Of a stretch of 64,000 nucleotides of DNA, positions 49,130 to 58,237 are shown piece after piece. A model generated the notes under the pieces. It was given only the letters and a program-made list of their open reading frames with translations, ran no database searches and had not been told where the DNA came from. This stretch comes from an uncultured delta proteobacterium (GTDB lineage: Bacteria > Myxococcota_A > Polyangia > Fen-1088), in contig CAVTRY010000016.1 of NCBI GenBank assembly GCA_963737265.1, positions 32,001 through 96,000 on the forward strand, read 5' to 3'. A program made the translations under genes and the position numbers. Numbering within the stretch: position 1 is the first letter of the stretch; each line of letters starts with the position of its first letter.

Positions 49130-52100
49130 GTCGTCGTCTCCGAGGCTCGTGCAGGAAGCGTGAAGTAGAAGGTGGCGCCGGCATCGACCACCCCTTCGGC
49201 CCAGGTTCGCCCCCCGTGTCGGCGGACGATCCGTTGCACCGTCGCGAGGCCGATCCCGGTGCCGGGGAACTCGGCCACCGTGTGAAGCCGTTGGAACGGG
49301 GCGAACAGCTTCCGGGCGAAGGCCATGTCGAATCCGGCGCCGTTGTCGCGCACGAAGAAGGCCGGAGCCCCGTCCTTCTCGATCGCGCCGAACTCGATGC
49401 GTGGCGCTGGGACCTTGGAGGTGAACTTCCAGGCGTTCCCGAGCAGGTTGTCCATGAGCGCCCGGGTCAGGACCGGGTCGGCGTGCGCGTCGAGATGATC
49501 CTGCACGACCATCACGACGGTCCGCTGCGGCTCGCTGGCGCGCAGCTGGGCGGCCGTCGCACGACAGAGCTCGGACAGGTCGACCGGCTCACGCCTCATC
49601 TCACTCCTGGTCACGCGCGACAGGGCCAGCAGCGAGTCGATGAGGGCAGCCATCTTGTGGGCGTTGAGGAGAATTTCCTGAAGCCAGTCCTTCCCCTCCT
49701 CGTCGAACTTGTCCCTGTAGGTGTCGAGGAGCAGCTGCGCGAAGCCGTTCATGCCCCGCAGCGGCGACCGCAGATCGTGAGCCACCGAGTAGCTGAACGT
49801 TTCGAGCTCGCGGCTGGCGTCCTCGGCGGCGTCCCTGGCGCGCGCCAGAGTCTCTTCGGCCCGTCGCCGGTCGGTGATGTCACGCGCGACCTTGGAGATG
49901 CCGACGATGCGGCCCGACTGGTCACGCACCGGAGAAATCGTGACGGAGACGTCGATCAATCGCCCATCCTTTCGCCGCCGTACCGTATCGAATCGCTCGA
50001 CCTCTCCCTTGGCGAGGTGATCCAGAATGACCGCCTCCTCGGACGTCCGATCCGGCGGAACGAGCACGGAGATGGGCGAGCCGACGATCTCCTCCGCCAA
50101 GTAGCCAAAGATCTGCTCGGCACCCCGGTTCCAGCTGGTGATCACACCCTCGAGAGTCTTACCGATGATAGCCTCCTCGGAAAACTCGACGATGGCCGCG
50201 AGACGGACCCGCTGTTGCTCGGCTCTCTTGCGCTCCGTGACGTCGCGAATCGCGGCCGACACGAGCAAGCCCTGCTCGGTCTCGAGCGGGCTCAAGCTGA
50301 CTTCGATCGGGAATTCGGCGCCGTCCTTGCGCCGCCCGTAAAGCTCCTGGCCGGCACCCATCGGGCGGACGCCCACTTTTTGAAAGTAGCCGGCCCGATG
50401 CGATGGGTGGGTCGGCCGAAAACGTTCCGGGATGAGGAGCTCGATTGGCTGGCCGACGATTTCGATGCGTGTGTACCCGAAGATCGCTTCGACCTGACCG
50501 TTCACCAGAGAAATGAGGCCGCTCTCATCGACGATGACCACCGCGTCGGGAGCCGCCTCGAGAAGCCCCCTGAACTTGGCGTCGGCCGCTCGTTCGTCGC
50601 GCAACCGGGAGATCGCCGCCTCGGCCTCCTTACGTTCCGTGAGATCGAGGACGAAGGAGATGCACTCCGTGCTTTCGCCGTCCAGCATGGTCGTACCGAC
50701 CAGAACGGGGACCCGCCGTCCGTCTTTGCGGAGATATTCTTTCTCGCGGAGGCTTGCCACACCCGTCGTCGTCAGTTGCTCGACGGCCCGGGCGTCCAAG
50801 TCCTTCCATTCTGGCGGCGTCAAATCCTTCCAAAGCGCTCCCCCAGAAAAGAGATCGTCCCGCGAATACCCCAAGAGCGCGAGGAGCGCGTCATTGATCT
50901 CGGAGATGTGCCCGTCGAGGTCGCTAACGACAACGCCGATGATCGACGACTCCGAGAGGCGGGCAAACCGACCCTTGGCCTGTCGAACGGCCTCAGTCGC
51001 CCTCTCCGCGGCGTCGCGCGCCGCCCGCTCAGCGGCGTAGGAGCGGGCGTTGGCGATGGCGAGCGCCGCGTGCTCGGCCACGCTCTGAACCAGATGAAGA
51101 TCGGCCTCCGTATATGGACGGTCCGAACCGCGGCGCATGAGACTTGCGACGCCGACAACCTTCCCTCGGCAGAGCAGCGGCAGCGTGATCGAGCTGCCGA
51201 CGCCCAGTCGCTCGAGGAGCGGCCGGTATCTGGGCTCACTCGACGCGGCAAAGTCAGAGGTGCTGATCGTCGGGGTGAGGAGCGGTTGTCCCGTCGCCGC
51301 CACTCGCCCAGAGACTCCCTCTCCCACGCGCTGGCGGCCCGACAGCATCACCTCCCGCGTTGCCGCCAGGAGCGCCGGATCTCGGTGATAGGCGGCGCCC
51401 GTTGACTCCAGCCATTCTCCGTCCTCGGCGACAGGCCTGATCACGCACATATCACCGACAAGCTCGCCGAGACGACGTGCCACCGCCTCCAGCAGGCGAT
51501 CCTGGTCGTAGGTCATCGCGGAAAACTCACGGGAGGCGTCGGCCAGGATCCGGAGACGCTCGGCCATCCGCGTTCTTTCCGCAGCTTCCAGCCGAGTCTC
51601 CGCGAGCAGGCGGGTATTCGAGATGGCGATGGCCGCCTGGCTGGCGAGGTTCTGCGCAAGGTCGAGATCGTGCTCGTCAAAGGGCGAGGCTTCTGGCCGA
51701 AAACGCACCAGGATGAGCTGTCCCAGGGATCGATCGTGAACGCGGAGTGGAACGATCAACACGCCGTGCGCCCCGATCCCGCGGATGAACGCGAAGTACC
51801 GTGCCGCGGTCGCGGGCGGGTGGGGGAACTGCCCGAAGTCGAGCACCGGGGCAAAAAATGGCTGGCCGGTTTCGAGAACTCGGCGTGTCACCGGGTGGTC
51901 CTCGAGGCGGAATGGTTCGAGGAGCGCCTCGCGAAGCCCGCCGAGAATGTCGGGATCGGTGTCGAACATGGCGGCCGGTCGAAGGCTCAGCCCATCGTCG
52001 GAGAGAAGCAGAACGACACATTGGTCTTTGATCACCTCGGCGGCTCGCCGAGCGACGGTGTCGAGTAGACGTTGCGAATCAGAGGCCGCCTCCGAGAACG

Positions 52101-52221
52101 CGCTCATTGTCTCAGAGAGAACGTGGAGACGTTCCTCGAGGCGCCGGCAAGTTGCGACCGTGCCTTCCAATGAATTCGCCGGCGCCTTCTCCTTTGAGGC
52201 GGGTGCGGACGGAGAATTCAT
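49126..52221 (-). CDS. Cytosolic GAF-GAF-PAS-PAS-PAS histidine kinase
   Basis: [34 protein letters not shown] motifs. The middle PAS is FixL-like. Start uncertain (52221 or 52326). Confidence 0.93.
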   Translation of the reverse strand: MNSPSAPASKEKAPANSLEGTVATCRRLEERLHVLSETMSAFSEAASDSQRLLDTVARRAAEVIKDQCVVLLLSDDGLSLRPAAMFDTDPDILGGLREALLEPFRLEDHPVTRRVLETGQPFFAPVLDFGQFPHPPATAARYFAFIRGIGAHGVLIVPLRVHDRSLGQLILVRFRPEASPFDEHDLDLAQNLASQAAIAISNTRLLAETRLEAAERTRMAERLRILADASREFSAMTYDQDRLLEAVARRLGELVGDMCVIRPVAEDGEWLESTGAAYHRDPALLAATREVMLSGRQRVGEGVSGRVAATGQPLLTPTISTSDFAASSEPRYRPLLERLGVGSSITLPLLCRGKVVGVASLMRRGSDRPYTEADLHLVQSVAEHAALAIANARSYAAERAARDAAERATEAVRQAKGRFARLSESSIIGVVVSDLDGHISEINDALLALLGYSRDDLFSGGALWKDLTPPEWKDLDARAVEQLTTTGVASLREKEYLRKDGRRVPVLVGTTMLDGESTECISFVLDLTERKEAEAAISRLRDERAADAKFRGLLEAAPDAVVIVDESGLISLVNGQVEAIFGYTRIEIVGQPIELLIPERFRPTHPSHRAGYFQKVGVRPMGAGQELYGRRKDGAEFPIEVSLSPLETEQGLLVSAAIRDVTERKRAEQQRVRLAAIVEFSEEAIIGKTLEGVITSWNRGAEQIFGYLAEEIVGSPISVLVPPDRTSEEAVILDHLAKGEVERFDTVRRRKDGRLIDVSVTISPVRDQSGRIVGISKVARDITDRRRAEETLARARDAAEDASRELETFSYSVAHDLRSPLRGMNGFAQLLLDTYRDKFDEEGKDWLQEILLNAHKMAALIDSLLALSRVTRSEMRREPVDLSELCRATAAQLRASEPQRTVVMVVQDHLDAHADPVLTRALMDNLLGNAWKFTSKVPAPRIEFGAIEKDGAPAFFVRDNGAGFDMAFARKLFAPFQRLHTVAEFPGTGIGLATVQRIVRRHGGRTWAEGVVDAGATFYFTLPARASETTT

Positions 52222-52480
52222 TGCAGCGCCCGCGGTGTCACCGGACCACCGGACCGAGACTCGCGCACTGGCCGCGAAACCGACTTCACTCGTCCCGCCG
52301 CCCTTTTGTCTGCCAATGTCTCTCACTCTCCCCCCGTGTTCGACCTTTTAGGCCAACGCGTTTCCCACCGCGAACCGCCCGGCGCAGGCGGGCCTTTGGA
52401 ATTGTGGCGCTACATTAACATCTCTCGAAAGGTCCGGGACCGTTTTGCTCGCAGCTCATTGTCCAACGTGGCCTTGCCTT

Positions 52481-52552
52481 CCACTCTCGGGCCTCGGGCC
52501 ACTCTCGGGCCTCGGGCCACTCTCGGGCCTCGGGCAACTCTCGGGCCTCGGG
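52481..52552. repeat. 18-bp tandem repeat, 4 copies
   Basis: ccactctcgggcctcggg three times plus caactctcgggcctcggg. Confidence 0.93.
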
Positions 52553-52821
52553 CAGTGGTCGCGATCACATCTACTTCCTTCCGCGTCCGAGTCTTTGGGG
52601 ACCGGTCGGGCGACAATCTGCAGCGCAGGTGATCGTCGAGCCATTTCGCGAGCTCCGTCGGGACACCGTTGCCGACAGCACCGCATCAGTGGGCAGGGGT
52701 AGGCGGGAGGAACCGAGGGCATTCAATGGCGCCGTCGGTCCGCCGACGGTCGAACCACATGCGCGATGTCGCCACGCCGACGGCGGGCGATCCAAAGCTC
52801 GGAGGCGCGGGCGAATCCTCG

Positions 52822-52838
52822 CTGGCAGGAGGCTTGCT
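52822..52838 (+). promoter_or_regulatory. Putative sigma-54 promoter
   Basis: CTGG-CAGGAGGCTT-GCT. Confidence 0.6.
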
Positions 52839-52873
52839 TTGTCCCTCGTCGTCACTTGGAAAGGGAGACGACG

Positions 52874-53665
52874 ATGGCGACAAAAAGCTGCGTGCTGATC
52901 ATGGGTCTCACTGGCGTCATGGCGATCGGCTGTGCCTCGATGCCCCTCCCGGGCGCCGAGGTGAGCCAGTTTGAGACCAGCGTCGCCACCGCCATGCACA
53001 TTGGCGTGTTCAAGGTTCGACCCGACAGCTATCACCGGGGCGCGTTCGGCATGCCCCAGGCCGAGGAGCACCTCTTGTTGGCCCTCGACCAGTTCGATCT
53101 CGCGAAGACCATGGCCTCCAAGGGCAACCCGAGGTCGCGTTTCCTGCTGGCGCGCGCGCAGTCGGACGTCGATCTGGCCCTCTGCCTCACGGACGAAGTG
53201 GCGGTTCGCTTGCAGGCGCTCGGTTTGAACACATTCCGACTCCAGTCACCGTTGGCGACCACTCTTTGTGAGGAGACCGGACTGAGGACTTACATCCGCA
53301 AGCCCAGCCCGAAGCCAGTGCCTCCCGTCGTCGCCGGTCCGACGAGCTCGCCTGCGACCCCGGTGCCCGGCATGTTGATGGAGGCACGCAGCTCTTTTGT
53401 CGCCTCGACCACCAGCCCGGCGGCTGGTCTGGCCACAAGTCATCTGGAAGAAGCAGGGGCGGCGCTGGAAAAGGCGAATCGGGAGTTCGCCGGAAGTGGC
53501 TACAGCGCCGCGTGCCAAGACTACTCCTACATCGCCGAGAACAAGGTGCAGCTGGCGGACATCGTGGCCCGCATCGAGTTGGAGCAAGAGATGCTCGGAG
53601 ACGTGAATCGACCGGTGCCTCCCCAGCATTTCCAAACCAATGAGCCCGTGGCCTTCGCGCGCTGA
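52874..53665 (+). CDS. Lipoprotein with two DUF4398-like domains
   Basis: AGGGAG RBS; lipobox AIGC; A.EHL.LA...A...L.RAQ.D..LA and HL.EA..AL..A...SYIA..K..LA repeats. Confidence 0.65.
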   Translation: MATKSCVLIMGLTGVMAIGCASMPLPGAEVSQFETSVATAMHIGVFKVRPDSYHRGAFGMPQAEEHLLLALDQFDLAKTMASKGNPRSRFLLARAQSDVDLALCLTDEVAVRLQALGLNTFRLQSPLATTLCEETGLRTYIRKPSPKPVPPVVAGPTSSPATPVPGMLMEARSSFVASTTSPAAGLATSHLEEAGAALEKANREFAGSGYSAACQDYSYIAENKVQLADIVARIELEQEMLGDVNRPVPPQHFQTNEPVAFAR

Positions 53666-53901
53666 CGTTGGATTTCAGACGCACCTGACCAAACCCGCCC
53701 GACCGACGTAGGAGTTTCCGCGGGTCGGAGCCGACGTTGAAGGGAAAACCTTACGGGTCTACCGGGGAATCCTGCGTGGTCGTGGTGCGCGATAGCCGAT
53801 ACCTTGCTCGCGCGCCAAGGCGGTCACCTCGGTCATCGCGAGTTGCGCACAGGAATCGAGGAAAATTGAAGTCCCAAAGCCAGTCTCCTGTCGACCTCGC
53901 A

Positions 53902-54204
53902 ATGGACCTGCCGCCGGCGCGCGAACGCCCAGTGCCACTCTCGGTACGCATCGGAATAGCCAGGGAATTGCTGATTGCTCTGACAGAGGCGACCCGCTCG
54001 GGCCAGCGTCACCTCATGTGCCGCGTGTTGGACATCCTCCGAGGCGACATCCTTCAACCGACCGTCCGACTGACCCCACCGCAAGTTGCCGCGGTCATGG
54101 CGGCCGTGACGGAGCTCCAGCACGAAGCAGCGCGGGCCGCGCCTGACATCGCTCTGTTCTCCGCCCGCGCCAGGCTCGTCATCGACGTCCTCATGATCGC
54201 GTAG
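53902..54204 (+). CDS. Hypothetical helical protein
   Basis: 100-aa ORF ending at the hairpin shared with the convergent gene. Confidence 0.5.
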   Translation: MDLPPARERPVPLSVRIGIARELLIALTEATRSGQRHLMCRVLDILRGDILQPTVRLTPPQVAAVMAAVTELQHEAARAAPDIALFSARARLVIDVLMIA

Positions 54205-54228
54205 GCGCGCGCGGGGGGCGGCGCCTAC
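54201..54228. terminator. Hairpin between convergent genes
   Basis: GTAGGCGC...GCGCCTAC; the arms contain both TAG stop codons. Confidence 0.5.
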
Positions 54229-54395
54229 AGTGGGGCCCTCGGGGGGCGGCCGACCTGGCGGACGTGGATGAAGTGCACCAGCACGCTCACCCCCGCTCCA
54301 AACACGAGGGTGTGGATTGCAATCGTGCTCACGTGGAGCACGAAGAACGCCAGTATCCAGCCGAGAGCGAGAAAAGCGGCCAGTGCGATGAGCAC
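54225..54395 (-). CDS. 56-aa membrane protein, lmo0937/DUF5670-like (not in ORF track)
   Basis: GGAGG then GTG; MLIALAAFLALGWILAFFVLHVSTIAIHTLVFGAGVSVLVHFIHVR... Confidence 0.7.
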   Translation of the reverse strand: MLIALAAFLALGWILAFFVLHVSTIAIHTLVFGAGVSVLVHFIHVRQVGRPPRAPL

Positions 54396-54536
54396 CAGGG
54401 ATCCTCCGTAGGCCTGAGGTAATCACCGAACGCCTCTGCCGCAAGCGTCTTGGCGATCCTACGGCCCGAGGTGTGTTGCGGCCCCAGACGACGGCAAAGG
54501 CCGTTGCGAAAATACGGATCATCCCTAGGTTGGGGC

Positions 54537-54770
54537 ATGAGCACACCTCGGGAGACGAGCTGGGGCCTGAAGATTGCCGAAATGGGCAACGGCAGGCGAG
54601 CGGGAATCATCGGGACGGCCGCGGTCGGACTCGTAGCTCTGGTGGGGCTCATGGTCGTCGGATTCCGCGGCAGGCACATCGGGCGAAATGCCGCTGCGCT
54701 GACGACGCCCCTCGTGGGGCACATCGAGTCCGAAGTGCCGCGCCCTGCAGCCGCCCGACCTCCCCTCTAG
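54537..54770 (+). CDS. Hypothetical single-TM protein
   Basis: One hydrophobic helix; directly upstream of the CBS gene. Confidence 0.4.
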   Translation: MSTPRETSWGLKIAEMGNGRRAGIIGTAAVGLVALVGLMVVGFRGRHIGRNAAALTTPLVGHIESEVPRPAAARPPL

Positions 54771-54787
54771 CCAAAGGTCCCACCTCG

Positions 54788-55222
54788 ATGAGAATAACCA
54801 GGGTGAAGGACGTCATGACAGACGTCGTCGAGACGTTGCAGGTCGGGGACACGCTCGCTCTTGCGCGGCGCCAGATCGAGCGCGGACGAATTCATCACTT
54901 GCCCGTCGTCGACGCCGACGAGCATGTCATCGGCCTCCTCACCTACCACCGGATCTTGGAGGCGTGGATCGGTCAAGGCCAGCCGGACACGAAGCCCGTC
55001 GGTCAGGTCGCTGGAGACATTTTCATCGAGACGGTCATGGAGAAGGATGTCCTCACGGTGGACGCGGAGACCAGCGCGGCGGAAGCGGCAGGGTTACTCA
55101 ACACCAACAAGTTCGGCAGTCTTCCGGTGACAAGAAACGAAAAACTCGTTGGCATCGTCACGGCGGGAGACTTCATGCGCGTCGCGCTTCGATATTTGGA
55201 CAGAGAGCTGCACGAGCCGTGA
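54788..55222 (+). CDS. CBS domain protein
   Basis: VKDVMT, IHHLPVVD and GSLPV...KLVGIVT motifs. Confidence 0.9.
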   Translation: MRITRVKDVMTDVVETLQVGDTLALARRQIERGRIHHLPVVDADEHVIGLLTYHRILEAWIGQGQPDTKPVGQVAGDIFIETVMEKDVLTVDAETSAAEAAGLLNTNKFGSLPVTRNEKLVGIVTAGDFMRVALRYLDRELHEP

Positions 55223-55266
55223 GACTCCGAAAAACTCCCCGGCAGGTCAGCAAGCGGGCCCGCGCG

Positions 55267-55536
55267 TCATAGCCTCCGCGGGGTGCCGCGCCTGATCAGC
55301 CTGAGCACCAGCAGGAGGACGACCGCACCCACGAAGGCGACGAAGATGGTCGCGACCACGCCGTGAAACGGTGTCCCGATGTGTGCCGTGCGGAAAATCA
55401 GCCCGCCGAGGAACGAGCCGACGATGCCGATGACGATGTCGCCGGCCACCCCCAGCCCGCCGCCCACGACCGCCGATGCCAGCCAGCCGGCGATGAGGCC
55501 GACGACCAACCAGATCATAAAGGTTTCTCCGCTCAT
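55267..55536 (-). CDS. GlsB/YeaQ/YmgE family stress-response membrane protein
   Basis: WLVVGLIAGWLA...G.VGS.LGG...A.VGAVVLL pattern; GGAGG RBS. Confidence 0.92.
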   Translation of the reverse strand: MSGETFMIWLVVGLIAGWLASAVVGGGLGVAGDIVIGIVGSFLGGLIFRTAHIGTPFHGVVATIFVAFVGAVVLLLVLRLIRRGTPRRL

Positions 55537-55665
55537 GATTTTCCTCCGAGCACCTAGCGTGGGTACGAATTGTCGCCGAGCAAAGCCCTCGTCGCACAAG
55601 TGGATGCGCTCGGCCTCACTTTGTCGAACGAACGCGGGCTCTTAGGCGGCTTGAGCCTTTGTGCT

Positions 55666-56541
55666 TTATTTGGCAATGACCGCTGATGCCCTGGCGAAGG
55701 CGAGGAGGCGCTCCCCCAGCCGGGCTGGGTCGTCGAGGTGCGGGGAGTGACCGAACCCCGCCGGCTCCTCGACGATCGCGTGCTGGGGCAGATGGCGTCG
55801 GAAGTAGGCGAGCGCGCTCGGCGGGAGAAGGCGTTCCGACTGGCCCCACAAGAGGAGAATCGGCATCTGCAGTGCGCTCAGGCTGTCGGGCATGGGCAGG
55901 TTGTCGAGCGTCGCAGAGTCCACGACGTCGCGGACGGCAGCGCCCTTCATGATGTCCTGCAGTCCAGGTGCGAGCGCTGCCAGGTACCAAGGGGCACGGT
56001 GGTAGAGGCGACCCAGCAGGCGCCGGGCGTCGGCGGCAGAATCGATTCTGAACGCGTCGAGGAGCTCGTCCCATTCGCTCGGCGAGGTCCGGGCCCCGGC
56101 GGGGGAGATGAGGGCGAGCGCCACCAGCCGCCCGGGACGTTCCACCGCGTACCGGAGGGCGAGGGCGCCACCGAGGGAGCTCCCCACCAGGATCATCGGC
56201 TCGGAGACCAGACTGTCGAGCAGCTCCGACACGGCACCAAACAACCGCTCGGGGGTCAGCCGGCCGGAGGGAGTCTCGCTGAACCCGTGCCCCGGCAGAT
56301 CAGGCGCGACCAAGCGACCCGCCTCGGGAAGCATGCGGATGAGAAGCGGTCCGAAAGCCGAGGCCGTCGAGCCGAGCCCGTGCAACAGGACGACCGTCGG
56401 TAGCGCGGCCGGTCCCCGCGCTTCGTACACCTGGAGCGCACCGGCTTCGGTCGGTGCCGTGAGGCTCCTGAAGCCGCGGCGGTTCAGCACGAAGCGGGCT
56501 CCGTGCTGGACCAGCGAAAATAGACTCAGTTTCCTACCCAT
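55666..56541 (-). CDS. Alpha/beta hydrolase (lipase/esterase-like)
   Basis: LLHGLG, DLPGHG, GSSLGG nucleophile elbow and GHSPH motifs. Confidence 0.9.
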   Translation of the reverse strand: MGRKLSLFSLVQHGARFVLNRRGFRSLTAPTEAGALQVYEARGPAALPTVVLLHGLGSTASAFGPLLIRMLPEAGRLVAPDLPGHGFSETPSGRLTPERLFGAVSELLDSLVSEPMILVGSSLGGALALRYAVERPGRLVALALISPAGARTSPSEWDELLDAFRIDSAADARRLLGRLYHRAPWYLAALAPGLQDIMKGAAVRDVVDSATLDNLPMPDSLSALQMPILLLWGQSERLLPPSALAYFRRHLPQHAIVEEPAGFGHSPHLDDPARLGERLLAFARASAVIAK

Positions 56542-56548
56542 GGCTTGC

Positions 56549-57967
56549 CTATCCGCGACGAAGCTCGTCGATTGCGACTTGGAACGCCACCACGAGCTCT
56601 TCGGGGCAGTCGATCACCGCGCTGTCTGTCAGGACGCCCAGGCGGATCGCTCCTGCGTATCCAAAGAGAGTGATGCTGAGGCCGATGGTGGCCGCCGCCG
56701 GCGCCCAGATGACGACGGCGCCGAGCGGCTGCCCGGCGATGGACAACGGCATCTTCGGACCGGCCAAGCTGCTGACGACGAGACTCGCCCGGCGCGCCCC
56801 CCAGCGCATCGCCCGACGTTCGATGCCCGGGGCCACGCTGCCGGCCACCCTCATGAGACTGCTGGCGATCCCCGACTGCCCACTCGACCGCAGGACCGCC
56901 ATGTCGCGCGCGATGGTCGCGAGCCGCGCCTGTGGATCGTCGGCGGCGGCGGGGAGAGATACGAACACGGAAGCGTAGTGGTTCCCCAGCTCGGTGGCGG
57001 ATGCTGTCGAAGGCGCCGCCACCGGCAAGAGCGCGTGGACCGATCGCGGGACCTCCCCATGCTCCCGCGCGTAACGATCGAGGGCTCCGGCCACGCCCGC
57101 CAGCAGCACGTCGACCAGGTGATACCCCCCGGCTGCCGCGATCGCCTTGAGGGCGTCGAGCGGGATCGCGTCCGACCAAGCGACGCATTTGCGGCCATCG
57201 AGAGGACGGCGCAGCAAGCTGACCGGATCGCCTGACAGCGTGAAGAGCCGAAGCAGGCCGGCGAGCTGTCCAAAGAAGCGATGAGCTCGCTTCGGTTCGG
57301 AGGAGTTTCGGATCGGCGAGGGTTCTTGTTTCACCCCGGAGCCTTCGGCCGAGCTTTCGTCCGAGCCTTCGGCCGAGCCTTTGTCCGAGCCTTTGTCCGA
57401 GCCTTCGTCCGAGCCTTCGTCCGAGCCTTTGTCGGCCAGCTGCTCGAGAAGGGCGACCAGCGCCCGCCCGTCGGCGATGCAGTGGTGGATTCTCACCAGG
57501 AGCGCCGAGCCGCGCGGAAGGAGATCGACCACCTCGAAGGTCCAGGGGGATTCCTCGGGCGGCAGCGGCGCATTGAGCCGCTCGGTGACCAGACCGATCA
57601 AGGTCTTTGCGTCGACGGGCCCCGATGGATTCAGCCGGCGGACGTGCTCGTGGAGGTCGAAGGCAGCGTCGTCGAGCCAGCGGGGCGCGCCAAACCGATG
57701 CGTGGACTCCACCACGTGCTGACGGAAGCGCCGATGCGGGATCAGCTTGTCCCGAACCATCGCCTCCAGCGCCTCGAGAGTCAGCTGCCGATCGAAGAGC
57801 AGCAGCGCGCCGATGACCATGGAGTTCGTCGGCGTACCCATGTGCCAGCGCGCGGCGTCCGCACGCGACAGCTGCTCGGTTGCTGAGGCGCTTCGACCGT
57901 TAATCGTCTGACTTCTTCCCGCCTTCCGTGGACCGCGATCCGAGCGGCAGCTCCAGCGAAAAGACAC
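56549..57967 (-). CDS. Wax ester synthase/diacylglycerol acyltransferase (WS/DGAT)
   Basis: LS.AD....M.TPTN.MVI, IHHCIADG catalytic motif, GN...VF..LP and S...GP motifs. Start uncertain. Confidence 0.9.
   Translation of the reverse strand: MSFRWSCRSDRGPRKAGRSQTINGRSASATEQLSRADAARWHMGTPTNSMVIGALLLFDRQLTLEALEAMVRDKLIPHRRFRQHVVESTHRFGAPRWLDDAAFDLHEHVRRLNPSGPVDAKTLIGLVTERLNAPLPPEESPWTFEVVDLLPRGSALLVRIHHCIADGRALVALLEQLADKGSDEGSDEGSDKGSDKGSAEGSDESSAEGSGVKQEPSPIRNSSEPKRAHRFFGQLAGLLRLFTLSGDPVSLLRRPLDGRKCVAWSDAIPLDALKAIAAAGGYHLVDVLLAGVAGALDRYAREHGEVPRSVHALLPVAAPSTASATELGNHYASVFVSLPAAADDPQARLATIARDMAVLRSSGQSGIASSLMRVAGSVAPGIERRAMRWGARRASLVVSSLAGPKMPLSIAGQPLGAVVIWAPAAATIGLSITLFGYAGAIRLGVLTDSAVIDCPEELVVAFQVAIDELRRG
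57337..57432. repeat. In-frame 12-bp tandem repeat, 8 copies (GSDE/GSDK/GSAE)
   Basis: ccgagcctt(c/t)g(t/g) units at period 12. Confidence 0.93.
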
Positions 57968-58237
57968 AACCCGCCTACGGTAAGCACTGATTCCATCGAA
58001 CGGTTCGCTCCGAGACAGGATTGAAGCCGCTCGTGACCCCGGGCGTCAGTGTCGCCGGTAGGTCAAAGACCAAGGCAGGTCAAAGAAGTTGGGCAGGCCT
58101 GCCGATCGTGACTACGTTCGAGCGCATTCGGGGGCGGACCGTCTCGGTTGGGCCGGCTGCACTCGGGCGGCCATGCGTGATGCCGCCCTGCGAGATGCAT
58201 CGGCGCGCGTGACCGCACGAGGCGAAGGGTTGGCGGT

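Noticed and set aside
18853-57432. Tandem repeats considered as CRISPR arrays
   Set aside because: Units are contiguous with no unique spacers, and no cas genes are present.
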